64,000 nt of DNA from Octopus vulgaris (Eukaryota): positions 200,694,001 through 200,758,000 of the forward strand of contig OX597815.1 in assembly GCA_951406725.2 (NCBI GenBank), read 5' to 3'. The first letter of the stretch is position 1; each line of letters opens with the position of its first letter. This document shows, one piece after another, positions 26,931 to 41,823 of this stretch. Below the pieces are notes generated by a model that was given only the letters and a program-made list of their open reading frames with translations, was not told where the DNA came from and did no database searches. The translations under genes were made by a program, and so were the position numbers.

Positions 26931-27168
26931 TCTTTTGCTCTTTTGCTCTTTTACTTGTTTCAGTCATTTGACTGCGGCCATGCTGGAGCACCGCCTTTTT
27001 AGTCGAGCAAATCGACCCCAGGACTTATACTTTGTAAGCCTAGTACTTATTCTATCGGTCTCTTTTGCCGAACCGCTAAGTAACAGGGACGTAAACACAC
27101 CAGCATCGGTTGTCAAGCGATGTTGGAGGGGGCGGGGGACAAACACATACACACAAACACACACACAC

Positions 27169-27199
<31 letters not shown>

Positions 27200-27363
27200 C
27201 GACGGGCTTCTTTCAGTTTCCGTCTACCAAATCCACTCACAAGGCTTTGGTTGGCCCAAGACTATAGTAGAAGACACTTGCCCAAGGTGCCACGCAGTGG
27301 GACTGAACCCGGAACCGTGTGGTTGGTAAGCAAGCTACTTACCACACAGCCACTCCTGCGCCT
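26931..27363 (-). mobile_element. tRNA-derived SINE family A
   Basis: Full-length copy of the family. Confidence 0.9.
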
Positions 27364-27987
27364 GTCTAATTTTCTTTCTTGTTACTAAGAAGCACTCAAA
27401 GTATTGACCCAACGATTTTCTTGAAGGCAATTTTCATTTTAAATAGCTTAAGAATACATTGTATAATACTGTTCTGTATATATAGTCATTAAGATGTGTG
27501 AAGATCAAGACCAGAACAATTTTAGAAAAGCGCAAAGAGGGAATAGCTTAGCCGTGTATAACAATAAGAACAACTACAGCCACATCAAAAACAAGAATGA
27601 CTATAATACATGAAGTACACGAAAAAATTCATCAAAATATTCTCTTACAATCTCAACCCTCTCTTTCTCTCTTGCTCTCTATCCTACACACTCAGACATG
27701 CACACGTTTGTGTGAGTGTATGTTTATATAAAATCATATATATATAGAGAGAAGAGATAGAAAGAGGGGGACACAGATTATTACACAAATATAAGCAACT
27801 TAGACTATGCATCAACAGAATAGCAACGGTGATAGTAGCAACGACAAGAACAATTAGGAAAATGGAAATTTTAATATAATTGAAATTAAGTCACAAACAA
27901 TCGAGCAAAGATAAAAGGGTTCATTGCAAAGACAGTGACCTACACACTGATACCAATGGCTAAGTGTTGTATAGGTATGTATGTATA

Positions 27988-28112
<125 letters not shown>

Positions 28113-28190
28113 GTATATGTATATATATATGTATATGTATATATATTTACACACACAAATATATATATGTATATATATATGTGTGTGTGT

Positions 28191-28223
<33 letters not shown>

Positions 28224-28305
28224 AATATATATGTATGTATACAAATATACATACTTATATCCTTACATAAATAAATACATACACATAGATAGATAGACAG
28301 ACACA

Positions 28306-28364
<59 letters not shown>

Positions 28365-28854
28365 GTTTGTACTTATGTGTATGACCGCTTACATACCATA
28401 CCTATATACGTAGAAATGTTATTCTCAATATATACTAGTGAATTTCAAAAGTTATTGTTTATAGCAGCGGTCTATTGTTTTCGCCTACAATAAAACTAAT
28501 TGTTTTAGTTGCAGTCGTATCAAATACACCAGGAAAAATTGTATTTGAATATATAGTTCATTCAGTGACAATCAACACACAATGTTGGCTCTTTACGTCT
28601 TTATTATATCTTTGTTTTATAATTTCGTTACTCTTTTTGTATTTTGCTTTCGTATCCGTTCAATATTAATTTGCTTTTATTTTGTATTTCATTTTTTATG
28701 TACACCTTAATATATTGTTCTTTTTTTTTCTTCACTCTTTGTAGAATATACATTATTGGTAAGTAGGTTTATTATATATATATATATATATAAATGTATA
28801 GAGAGATTCATTATATACATTTGTGTGATTCTGTGTCAACGTGTTTATGCGTAC

Positions 28855-28964
<110 letters not shown>

Positions 28965-29242
28965 GTGTATGTATGTATGAATATATGAATATATGTATTT
29001 CAATACAGAAAGAAAGAAGAAAGAGAGACACAGATAGACAGGGAGATGGAAAGATGGGGACAAACTTTTGTATATCATTGTCAGCTCGAATTGTTTTGTA
29101 TTTTTTTTTTCAGGTTTAAATATAACGAATATCAAATCATGAAAATGTTTGAATATCGTATCCTATATTTTATGTGGAGCGCGCGCACACACAGATAATA
29201 GAATAAAATAAAAAAAGAACATTTTCTCGATATATTTATATC

Positions 29243-29358
<116 letters not shown>

Positions 29359-29825
29359 TATATACATATTTATATGTATGTATATATATATGCATCTATG
29401 TATGTATATAAATACATATATATATATATACATATTTTTATGTATATATATATATATATAAATATGTATATAAAGACAAGTATATATATATAAATATAAG
29501 TAATTATATATATATAAGTATGTAGTTGGGTAGTTAAGTAGATATTCATGTGCACGAATAATGAGAAAAACATAAGGATGAGATGTACAGACAAAACTAT
29601 ATGCATCATTGCTATACTTCAATATTTGTCTATATCTTCACTATCATGTATTTACGTTGTTCAATATTTTACCCATAAATATAGCTTAAATTCAAACTAA
29701 ACACCAGTAAAGACAATATTCACGGACACACACACACACACATAATGCCGTTCAAGGTCATTTCAAAGAACATACATACAATTACACGAACACATGTACG
29801 CACACACACACACAATCAAATATAG

Positions 29826-29868
<43 letters not shown>

Positions 29869-30589
29869 TATTCATATACAAAGTTGTACAGATATATAGT
29901 ACTTTATAAATTAGAGCAATTCTCTACTCTCTTCATAAAATAGCTCTCTGAGCCTTTATTTGATGCCTAATTTTCACACCTGTCTATGCATTTGTAGACG
30001 TCTTGTTGATTTGTAACATGACTCGTGAGTAAGATCAGAATTACGTACGCTTGTTAGCGAGGATATCATTTCAGAGGACAGCTCGGTTCCTGGAAGAGAA
30101 CTGACGTATTCCATTTGATGTATGAGCTCTAGGAGCAAATTTTTTTTCCAACATGATTTGTTTTAACAATAAATGTGGCAGGTATGTATTGTTCAGTAGA
30201 CGAATAATTCACAGTCCAAACTTTCATATTACATATTGCTTAAAAAATGTTGACAGGTAAGCAAAGTATTTGAAGTTTTACACTAAAAAATGTGATTTAT
30301 TCTTTATATTCTGATGTATGATTGTTTCTCTACGAATTTTTCATATATGGAATTGTGTTACGTCTGATGCCTCAATTCAGGATACACTCGTCCTTAGATA
30401 TTTTTAGTTCTTTTAGTTACTTGATTCCAGTCATTTTGGATCCACAGTGCGAATGCTATCACCGAGTACTTACATTAAGTTTGCTGTCATAATATTGACA
30501 ATGTTTCCGACCCTCAGTATTTCGGAGCATGGCCACATACAAACAAGAATGAATTCACACACACACACACATATAGAGACAGCTACTTG

Positions 30590-30645
<56 letters not shown>

Positions 30646-30780
30646 TTGGAGGAGGACGGGATAAACTACATGTGTCAGCTTGCTATAAAATCAGCTTGTA
30701 ATTTTACCTTGTCTTTATTGTTAGTGCAAGTTTTGAAGCCTGCAGTTCGATATTAATAGTAATTTTTTTTCAAAGCTAGA

Positions 30781-30960
30781 ATGAAGTTGACAAAGGTGCA
30801 TTTTCGGCACATTTTGCATTATGAGTTCAATAAAGGCAACAACGCAATGGAACGGGCGAGGAATAATAATGCAATATATGGGAATCGGACAATAAGAGTA
30901 AGCCAATGTCAATGGTGGTTCAAGAAAACCGGAGCCAGAAACTACAGCCTAGAAGATGAA
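30781..30960 (+). pseudogene. Mariner transposase N-terminal HTH fragment
   Basis: MKLTKVHFRHILHYEFNKGNNAMERARNNNAIYG..SQCQWWFKK..YSLEDE matches the Mos1/Hsmar-type HTH pattern; truncated. Confidence 0.85.
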
Positions 30961-33900
30961 TATTTAATAAAGTAACATTTAAGCAATCATTGTCTACATT
31001 TGCTGTGTGATTCGAAATCAAACGATTGATTATATATTGCTGTTGTGCTTCCCTACTGCATATGTGCAGACTCATCCCTGCGAAGAAGATTGATCTGGGA
31101 TTAAATATCTCATAATTTTGAAACAAGAGTTTTGTTTCGGTTTTGAATACTAAGAAAGAATCGCTCAAATTAAAGTATATTATTGCCCAACCTATCGTCA
31201 TTACACACATATTTCTTAAATTTTTATATTTTCTTTAGTCAGGAAGGAAGAACCGTCTCCATATTTCTTTCTAGACACGTTTGAGCAATGCGATAAAAAT
31301 CCAATTAATATATGATGGACGTTAGCGGGATGAATAAAAAAAAAAAACATATGAGAACGGGGATTTCTAAATGGATGGAAGTTCTATATTGGGATTGGCC
31401 GTTGAGAGGTGTGTACATTACGGATGATAGTAGGAGATGCAGGATGTGTGGAGATGATATGAAACAAGACAAAACCGATTTTCTCTTCCACCAATGTATT
31501 ACATGAGGATAAAGAATAGGACCCAGCAGGTTAGAGATATTTTGCTGCACCTCAATGATTCCATGAGTAATATGTTGACTTTGCATTTGTGATGATTTAG
31601 AAGATTCTAGTTGCATCTCTTTCCTGTGCAATGCGGGTTCTTCTAATGCTTTCCTGGAGTCGGGAGTAATTATGTCTCGGTGGTGTTAAAGGAGAGAAAG
31701 TTGATTTAATTCACACTCAAAGATAGTCATTAAATTTCTGTTCACATTGTAAGAGCATACTTGGTTTCTCATGTTGATAGAATTTGGATAGGATCAGTGA
31801 GAGAGGAATAAAATATGGCATTGTCCTAGAGTTTTGTGAAGAAAACGGTAAGTCATTTAATGACAACAGAGTCATACGTAAAACTGTAAACTAAGCATAA
31901 GCAATAGAGTAAAGTAAAAAGAGTTAGGGATCAGGACACTGATCAGTTGTCTAGGTTGGCAGGAACTCAATAATTAAACAATCGCAGTCAGGTGGAGCCT
32001 ACATGTTTCCCGATGGTTTTCGTTTGGGCCAAATATCTCGAGAACGGCAACTGATTTATAACTGGTATACGTTATAGGAATATTTGATCATTACATCTAG
32101 CTTTATGAAAGCGGTAGTGATCACAAAAATTCATGATGACGCATTCAAAATAATGGAAGCTGTAGAGTCAATGGCTACATACACAATCTTTAGAATGTTA
32201 GAAGTGAGTGAGAACAATTTTCTCGCACTAATGGTCCATACTGAATATGTCCACAAAGCCAACAGTTTTTTTTTTTATATTTGAAATATATAAATGTAAT
32301 GTAAGATATTCGGGAGAAAATTATGCCTTAAGCAATATGTTTAAGAGCTAAATCGAAATATCTGCTGGTAACCAAATGTGAAAAACAGCACCTTCAAAAA
32401 TTGTCATGGATTGAAACATTAACAACTGGCAATGAAAATTTTATAAGTTTCACAACCGTAATAGAACAGTCTATCATAATTTGTTGCCGCGAAGGAACCA
32501 TTAACTAAACTAGGTAGCATCTTATCTATAGAAAATAAACGCATTTCAATAGAGAAAAATACTTTGTAAATTGTATGTCTCAGTGTAGCGTCAAAACTGA
32601 ATGTATTTTTCACATATACACATAGTAACACCTGTATGGATTTTAGACTAGCGTTCTGTCAATACGATGCCCACGCTACCATTTGCTTCTAAAATACAGG
32701 TGCTATGTTATATTTGGTATGATTCAATGATCAATAATTGCTGAGACTCAATATGTTTACACTCAATTACTGTTCAGCTGCATCGAATTTTCACATTCAT
32801 ATTCGTTTTTATATGCGTATTATGTGTGATTACCAGACAATTAACCTATTCTTGCAACAATAATCACCAATTCTTCTATATTGTTCAATACTGTAGGCAT
32901 TCAGTTGATGAAATCGCAATCGAAATATTTTCCTATGCGATTTCAAATCAACCGTTATCTTTGTATTTTACTGTTTCCAGTCTTTCCCAGTATATTCATT
33001 GTCTATACACAATTTCATCTCCAGCAGAATTTCTTTCATATCGACTTTAGGTATATATATCAAATATTGAGCATATTTCTGTAAATCACTGCAGAACATA
33101 TGATGAAAATAATCCACTTTATTATGAAGACTGTATTAATAATACTGCTACATATTTTATAGATCACAAAATGTTAAAAGCAATGTTTACATCGGTGGCA
33201 TTTGAAATCATAACCTAAACAAACCACATAGAATACTTAGCGCTTAATCATTTTAAGAACAATATAAAATAATAAATAAGGGACAGCACTCAACAAACAA
33301 ATTGTAAATGGCTGGCATATCAATGACATTTGATTGTATTTCCTAAACGCTGTCGAATATTCTCGATATTTATTGGTTGAAGTGCAAACACTGAAGACCA
33401 AAGACATCGAAAACAAGTAAGCCTAGTATTTTGCAAGTACCTTCATAACACAATGAGTCGAAATCAAAGCATTTTCTTTGTTCCCGCCGAATCCCAGAAT
33501 TTACCCGAGAATGTCGCCGTTATTCCACACAAGTAATAACGTAGAGAAAACTGAAGTGGAAATTCTATCGATCACATTATCCGAAAATGTACCTGGCTGT
33601 AAGCGTTTCAAAACATTCCCGACACAAGACTCTTCATCATCGTTTTCCTCTGACTTTGGATTACAGATCGGTCAGAGATGCGATGCAAGAAAACAATAAT
33701 TCACCTTGCTGGTATATTTGTATGTATCAAAATGTCATTTTATATCTGGAAATTTCAAAAGTTGTCGGAGACAGATAAACGTCTGACCAAAAGAATGGAT
33801 TCCTTCCTTCCGCAGGAAGTGGAAGTAATCTTGCTCCAAACCGATTGGAAATACCACGTAGAAATGAAGAAATCTTGCCCATTACAGACGGTTAATATGT

Positions 33901-35274
33901 GTGGTGTCGAAAGTTCCGGCTCGGCGCATTGCAACCACATACATATCCTGTGACCTGATATCAATCCACAGGAAATCTTTCTAGTAACGACATCTCGTAC
34001 AAAACATATATGAAGACTCTAATCTCAATAATATATCGCATGGAACGAGGAAAGAGAGAGAGAGAGAGGGAAAGAAGAGAGATATTGTTGGAGTTAATTG
34101 ATCTATGGCAAGTCGTAGTACCTTTGGAAAATCTTTTACAACCGATTGTCCGCGTCACGTGAAAGTAGTTTCTCATTTCTCTCTATAGATATTGTTTGAA
34201 TAGCATCCACAATTTGCGTCTATCTTTCCAGGCTACATGCATTTTTTCTTGCAGTGGTTTTCACTCTGCACTTATATGATTTTGTTGAATTCTATAAAGA
34301 ACTCCAACTATTCATGTAATTATCTTTCAAGAGATATAGAAATTTTACTTCTATTCATTATTTCTCACAATTTCTATCATTCTTCATTTGTCTCTTTTAC
34401 ATTCTCTCAATCCTTTTTGGGTAGAAATCTTCAAGTAGTTCTGAATATTTCACGTATAACGGCAAGATTTTCCTCTATGCACCACTAGTTAGAACGCTTT
34501 CCACTCCTCACCCACTAATATTAAATCTCCAAGATTTTCATGATGTTACCAAAGACCACAAGTGCCTGATTAACCTTGTAGATCCCTGTGGACCACATCT
34601 CACATGTTATGGTCCTCGTGTTTTATCTACGTGTTTTGTCTTCGCACATATTTCCCAATGGCCATGCCCCTATTCTGCTGGTTTCGAATTATTTATTACT
34701 GTACAGTTCTCTACCTTGTTAATGTAACATGCTTCCTGTCATAATATCGACTTTGATTTCCATTTACTGTTCTTTTGGAAACAGGAAAAATATTTTCTCC
34801 TTTTAACAAGGAGAAGTGTGCCGTTCTTACACATTATGGGATTTCTCCAGGAAGTCATGTTTTGTTAATTACCGATGGAACAAGTTTATCCTCGATGGAA
34901 CTCGACTGGCCGTTCGTTCGAGGACATAAAATACGTAATTCCTCCTCCTACAGCAATTATCGATAATCTAAATGACTTATGCGATGTTTAAGTAGATTAT
35001 TGCTGTTATAACTACTTAAATATGTTTCTGCAACACATATTTATCCCACAGATCGGACTGGGGAAAAGGTCTATTTAATATAAGTTCATACAGATTCACA
35101 CCTTATTCGCTAAATTCTGCAATCTCTGGCGTACTGTTACTGCTGTCTATCCTTCGTACCCCGCTATGATACTCTCTTCCCATAGGATGACATAATGCTA
35201 TCTCCACCGATAAAATCAGACAGAATACCATAAATTCAAACATGTTGCGTTCTCATCCCGATTTTTTAATGGCG

Positions 35275-35406
35275 CTTAATTTATCGACCCCGAAAAGATG
35301 AAAGGCAAATCGACCTCGGCGGAATTTGATCAGAACGTAACGGCAGACGAAATACGGCAACGCATTTCGCCCGACGTGCTAACGTTTCTGCCAGTTCGCC
35401 GCCTTA
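35275..35406 (-). mobile_element. SINE family B, 3'-truncated, flanked by ~65 bp direct repeats
   Basis: Head at 35406. Direct repeats at 35213-35277 and 35406-35470. Confidence 0.85.
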
Positions 35407-35720
35407 AATCAGACACAATACCATCAATTCAAACATGTTGCGCTATCATCCCGATTCTTTAAGTGCGCTTTTCAGAATAGCTATTTATAATTCCTTACAT
35501 TCTCTAGTTTTGATTTAAGAGGAGATTTCGGAAGTTTCAAGAATAATATTTGAGGTGTCCGCTTCATTGAAGCAAAGGTCATCAGAAATCCTCATTGCTC
35601 CAAACTCACCAACGGAAGATGATTAAGTGTAAATGTGCTCGCAAGTGTTTCTGCTGTTATAGTGTCACTGATTTCTACATGATCTACTTAAATTTCATTT
35701 TAATTTCTCGTTTAATTTCT

Positions 35721-35884
35721 CGCACAGGAGTGGCTGTGTGGTAAGTAGCTTGCTAACCAACCACATGGTTCCGGGTTCAGTCCACTGCGTGGCATCTTGG
35801 GCAAGTGTCTTCTGCTATAGCCCCGGATCGACCAATGCCTTGTGAGTGGATTTGGTAGACGGTAACTGAAAGAAGCCTGTCGTA

Positions 35885-35965
<81 letters not shown>

Positions 35966-36180
35966 TTGTGTGTCTGTGTTTGTCCCCCTAGTATTGATTG
36001 ACAACCGATGCTGGTGTGTTTACGTCCCCGTTACTTAGCGGTTCAGCAAAAGAGACCGATAGAATAAGTACTGAGCTTACAAAGAATAAAGTCCCGGGGT
36101 CGATTTGCTCGACTAAAGGCGTTGCTCCAGCATGGCCGCAGTAAAATGACTGAAATAATTTAAAAGAGTAAAAGAGTAAA
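35721..36180 (+). mobile_element. tRNA-derived SINE family A
   Basis: Full-length copy with internal (TA)n(TG)n. Confidence 0.9.
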
Positions 36181-37070
36181 ATAGTTTCATTTTTAAACAA
36201 AATTGAATATAACTTATTCTCCAACGCAAAAACAAGGAATATTATTTAGGAGAGTTAAATAATATCTGAAAGATATTTTCTACATCTGTTTGTAAAATAA
36301 TCCAAAAAGCAAAAAGCAAAAAATAAAACAAAATAAACAAAGAAAGGTATTATCATGTAAAAGATAGTGATAATCCAATCACACCGGAGCGCTCTCCCGA
36401 GTCTTTTATATGTTTCAAACCCCATCTGTAACAGAAGCAACAACAACAATAACAGCAGCAATAGTGATGCTAATATTGGATATAATCCTAATCTCTCTAC
36501 TAGTACAATTATAAGTAATAATTTCGAATCTTCGTACAATAACTGTTGAGGGATTTGTTTTTGAGTTGATATCGCTTACGAATTTGCACATTACTATGTC
36601 TTCGTTTATCAACTCACTTCCAATTATTTTGCGCATAATATCTTTTCCTGGGTTAATATCCTGGACAGAATATATGAATTTGTAAAGAACAAATGTAAAA
36701 TTTCTGTTATGTGGTAAATATAGCAAAAGTTACTGAGCACCAGCTTCTAGTTGCCAAATCTATTTCAAATAGGAAAAAATATTACTCTGAAATTTTTATA
36801 GAACATGAATTGAATTAATATGTAAATTAATCTACACCTTGGTATACTCGGTAAACTTATACTTTCAGATTGTTAATTGATACATATATAAATGGTTAAG
36901 AGTATACATACAAAATGAGAAGTTTAAAAAAATATCTGCTACTGTGTGATAGGGAAACGTATCGCAAGAACAGAACACCCGCAAATATATAAACTGAAAT
37001 TACGGAAGAAGAGGGAGTAGCTAGTATTTTGCTATATAGATTTAAAGTGTCATTCTAAAATGTAGGCAAA

Positions 37071-37466
37071 TCTTTATATATAAAAGTGAAGTTGTGTGTC
37101 TGTCTCCTATGATTTAGATTTCTAACTACTCACACATTTTGCGGTGCAGTGTAACCAAAAGTGGGTATCTTATAGTCGTGATTCATATCGAGCCCTTCTG
37201 GGTATACGCACGCGTCTAGGATGAGTCTACGATTTAAAATAAAAATTTCCATCATTTTCCCCCATTTTTAATGCATTTTGTTGCTATTATATAAGGGAAG
37301 TAACTCTCTAAAAATGTATTATTAAATCTCAGAACGTAAAAAGCTACAGTAACATCCCACCTTTGAGGTTAGCCATATTGAGATGGCTATTATACTTTAC
37401 ATCTCTAAAAATGCTTATATAGTTATTTCCCTTACAAACCCGAGCAACGCCGGGCGATACTGCTAG
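37071..37466 (+). mobile_element. Non-autonomous Helitron
   Basis: 5' TC, 3' CTAG, the same hairpin and last ~64 bp as 17754-18084, A|T target. Confidence 0.85.
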
Positions 37467-38289
37467 TATGGTATAAATCTTCTATAAACTGCATGAGATT
37501 TATAAGCGTGGTAAATGAATAATTCTCTATATTTGTATTTAAGAAATGTACTTCGCCGCGCGCGTGCACACGCACGTACAGAAACATGCACACACACACA
37601 CACTCACGCATGCGCATATATACATCGTACAGACAAAGTTAAATGATTGTTTGCCTATATACATCTATATGTATATGTGACTGGTGCCAAGGTGTATTGG
37701 CCTTTGCCTTCCCCTTGCGTAATATCAGTGGCGTAGAGAGAAGAGGCTGGTATGTATGGGTGACTGTTGGTCTTCCATAAACAGCGATGCCTGGACTTGT
37801 ACATCGGTGGAAAATATCCTAGGTGCAATCCCATGGTCATTCATGACTGAAGGTGATCTTTACCCTATGGAAATATATATATATCTGTGTGCGTGCGTGT
37901 GTGTGTCTGCTGGCGTGTTTGTACACATATTATATACATACGAACATGCATCTATAAATATGTACGCGTGCGTGTATTTAAAATGCCCCGGAGATCTATC
38001 TCCCGAAGTAAATAGCACGTCAGACATTCATTACTGAGATGGTGACAAAGCGCTGAGTTGACGGAAGGGTTAGCACACTGGACAAAATACATTAAAATCG
38101 ACATGGTCTTTAACCATTTCAAGGTCTATAAAAGGTGTACTGGGGTTGAAGGCGATAATTTTCCCTCTTTGAAAAATACTAGCCTTGTGCCGAAATTTGA
38201 AATAATTGAGATCACCTTTGTAAACTCAAAATGTGAATGAAGGCCGTCATGAACGCATCATCATTTCTACAATGTGATAAATATTATGT

Positions 38290-39050
38290 TTTACTCTAAG
38301 AACAAGGGCCGAAATATTGGAGGAGGGGGCCATTAGATTAGATTGAATTCAGTACGCAACTGGTACTTAATTTATCGACCCCAAAAGGATGAAAGGCAAA
38401 GTCGACCTCGGAAGAATTTGAACTTAGAACGTAAAAACAGACAAAATACCTATTTCTATTTCTTTACTACCCACAAGGGGCTAAACACAGAGAGGACAAA
38501 CAAGGACAGACAAACGGATTAAGTCGGTTATATCGACCCCAGTGCGTAACTGGTACTTATTTAATTGACATCGAAAATATGAAGTGCAAAGTCTAGCTCG
38601 GTGGAATTTGAGCTCAGAACGTAGTGGCAGACGAAATACCTATTTCTTTACAAGGGGCTAAACACAGAGAGGACAAACAAGGACAGACAAACGTATTAAG
38701 TCGATTATATCGACCCCAGTGCGTAACTGGTACTTAATTTATCGACGCCGAAAGGATGAAAGGCAAAGTCGACCTCGGCGGAATTCGAACACAGAACACA
38801 GCGGCATACGAAATACCTACTTATTTACTACCCACAAGGGGCTAAACACAGAGAGGACAAACAAGGACAGATACATGGATTAAGTCGATTATATCGACCC
38901 CAGTGCGTAACTGGTACTTATTTAATCGATCCCGAAAGGATGAAAGGCAAAGACGACCTCGGCGGAATTTGAGCTCGGAACTTAACGGCGGACGAAATAC
39001 CGCTAAGCATTTTGCCCGATGTGCTAATGCCTCGGACAAGTCACCGCCTT
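38290..39050 (-). mobile_element. Tandem array of four SINE family B units
   Basis: ~180-190 bp units repeating aactggtactta..atcgac..gaaaggatgaaaggcaaag; a single 5' head at 39050. Confidence 0.88.
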
Positions 39051-40144
39051 AATGTAAAAAATATAAAATGGAGACTTTACCAAGACTATGAGTTACTGAA
39101 TTTAGCTATCTGTTTATACTTGTTACAAAAATCGATCTCATACGACATAGCTGTATTGGGACTCAACACTTTTACCTCAGTTGGTCCTGACTCATGAAAC
39201 ATTAATTGGAAATAAAAGAACACATAAGGAAAATAACATTTAAGTGGAACTTAGATAACATCCTAAGACGTTACCGAGAACCAGGTATATCTTGGTAAAT
39301 CGTAGTCCTCAAGTCGAGTGGACGATGCAGTAAAGTATGACTCAGAAGGCTAATCAAGTTAGTGTTATTAAGTTCATATTGCCTGTGCTAAAAATTGCTA
39401 AAAGCTATCTAAATTATCAAATCTAAATTATAGTGAATATGGACAGAATTGTTTGAAAAGAAGCGAAAAATATTATTAAAACTTTATTAAAATTCGTTAG
39501 CGGAATACTAGTATTGTTAAATAGTGTATTTTGTCATGAAATATTTATTCATATAATTTAACGAGCCTCCTGGTGTCTCTTAATTAGTAACCTCCCGGTG
39601 AACTGAGTTTGCTACAAAGTATCGATTCACATTTAATGTCATTTATTTTCCTGCATACCTTTAATGCACTTGCACAAGTTATGGACATCAAGAGATGTCT
39701 TTTTAACCTCTGCTAAAAATATAGAACCAATGAATCTGATGAAAAGAAAACAAACTCTTTCTATGATTTTGTTGTTGTTGTTACTGTTGTCGATTTTTTG
39801 CTGTTTATCCCCATATCGTCCCTGATCGAGCAGTATTATGATCAAAGGCGTTCCATCCATGATCATACCGATGTTTTAGCAGGTATAAAGAATATTCGTC
39901 TATGTTATCCTATATGTCCTTTTTTTTCAAACGGTAGGGTTAATATGAAAGAGGTTAGACTCATCTCTCTCTCTAGTCGTGCAATCATGCAGACGCTCGT
40001 TTGTTAGTTTATATTAGAGTATGTCAGCGAGAATGAAGGTTGGTGTGCGCTGAGAACGAAGGAAAAGGCTATCGACGATACGATAAAGAGAACTTGCTTT
40101 CAGTTAAAATTTCAGATTATTATTATTATTAGTATTGTTATTAT

Positions 40145-40358
40145 TTTTTTTCTTCTTCTTTCAAATTTGCTTCTATTTCTTGCCGAGCGTCTTACCGACT
40201 CCTAGGGCAAAGAAACTCATAGTATACATTGGTAGGCCGTTAAACCAAACTCAATAGTTCGTTCATTTTTTTTTCTTTTTTCAGGTTAAATTAAAATACA
40301 TGTGCAGTAACAGCTCTCACAGCGACAATGCTCTTCTCAATACGTGTGATGTACCAGT
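40145..40358 (-). mobile_element. R4/Dong-like non-LTR 3' end in (TAA)n
   Basis: Minus strand TGTSHVLRRALSL* then 3' UTR, between (TTA)n tracts. Confidence 0.6.
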
Positions 40359-40360
40359 TA

Positions 40361-40436
<76 letters not shown>

Positions 40437-40441
<5 letters not shown>

Positions 40442-40518
40442 TAGTTTTATTTTTATAGCGTGCTTTCACTTCACTACCGAGCGCAGCTCTGTGTGCCTTG
40501 GGTATGTGCTGTGATTTG

Positions 40519-40522
<4 letters not shown>
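40437..40522 (-). mobile_element. R4/Dong-like extreme 3' end
   Basis: Near-identical to 41424-41510, between (TTA)n tracts. Confidence 0.75.
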
Positions 40523-40575
<53 letters not shown>

Positions 40576-40589
40576 TCTTTCTCTCTTTT

Positions 40590-40989
40590 CTCTTTCTCTT
40601 TTACTTGTTTCAGTCATTTGACTGCGGCCATGCTGGAGCACCGCCTTTAGTCGAACAAATCGACCCCGGGACTTATTCTTTGTAAGCCCAGTACTTATTC
40701 TATCGGTCTCTTTTTGCCGAACCGCTAGGTGACGGGGACGTAAACACACCAGCATCGGTTGTCAAGCAATGCTAGGGGGACAAACACAGACACACAAACA
40801 CACATACATATATATATACATATATACGACAGGCTTCTTTCAGTTTCCGTCTACCAAATCCACTCACAAGGCATTGGTCGGCCCGGGGCTATAGCAGAAG
40901 ACACTTGCCCAAGATGCCACGCAGTGGGACTGAACACGGAACCATGAGGTTGGTTAGCAAGCTACTTACCACACAGCCACTCCTGCGCC

Positions 40990-40990
<1 letters not shown>
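40590..40990 (-). mobile_element. tRNA-derived SINE family A
   Basis: Full-length copy within (TTA)n. Confidence 0.9.
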
Positions 40991-41065
<75 letters not shown>

Positions 41066-41423
41066 GAGTGAGAGAGCAGTTCATGCCATTAAAGTGACAC
41101 TGGGGTAAAATATACGAAGCCCAATATACCCATCATGACTAGCCGTCTGATAAGAGTACACCAGGCACATGCATCACAACAATATGTGCGCGACATGGTG
41201 ATCTCATATCAAGATAAACAGCACATGACCTTGCAGGTGGGGCCCAGTTAGAATTTTCTTCAGGTTGAGTAGCCCATCCCGCTCAAAAGGTCCCTGGATA
41301 AGGATTGTTTAAGGATGCTGAACGAACCACCCATGTTTCCAAAGGTGAATTATCCAAACCTCAGAGAATTTCTTTCAACACATGGCTATGATGCTCCCCT
41401 AGCATCATATTATTATTATTATC

Positions 41424-41721
41424 ATTCAGTAGTTTTATTTTTATAGCGTGCTTTCACTTCACTACCGGGCGCAGCTCTGTGTGCCTTGGGTATGTTCTGT
41501 GATTTGTTGTGATGCTCTGATTGCTATTGTATGGAAAGTGTTCTGCGTAGGATGTGTACAGTGCCTAGTAGTGCAATTTTCTGAATGTTATATGTGTTTG
41601 TAAGTCCTGGTGTTTTTGTTATGTATTTGTCTGAATATTTTTTTATCATGCTTAATGCACCTACTATGATAGGAATTGTTTCTGTTTTTAGATTCCATAT
41701 TCTGGTTACCTCCATTTCCAG

Positions 41722-41722
<1 letters not shown>
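41424..41722 (-). mobile_element. R4/Dong-clade non-LTR retrotransposon 3' fragment (end of restriction-like endonuclease domain)
   Basis: MEVTRIWNLKTETIPIIVGALSMIKK..IQKIALLGTVHILRRTLSIQ*, 5'-truncated at (TAA)n. Confidence 0.8.
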
Positions 41723-41776
<54 letters not shown>

Positions 41777-41791
41777 CATCATCATCATCAT

Positions 41792-41823
<32 letters not shown>

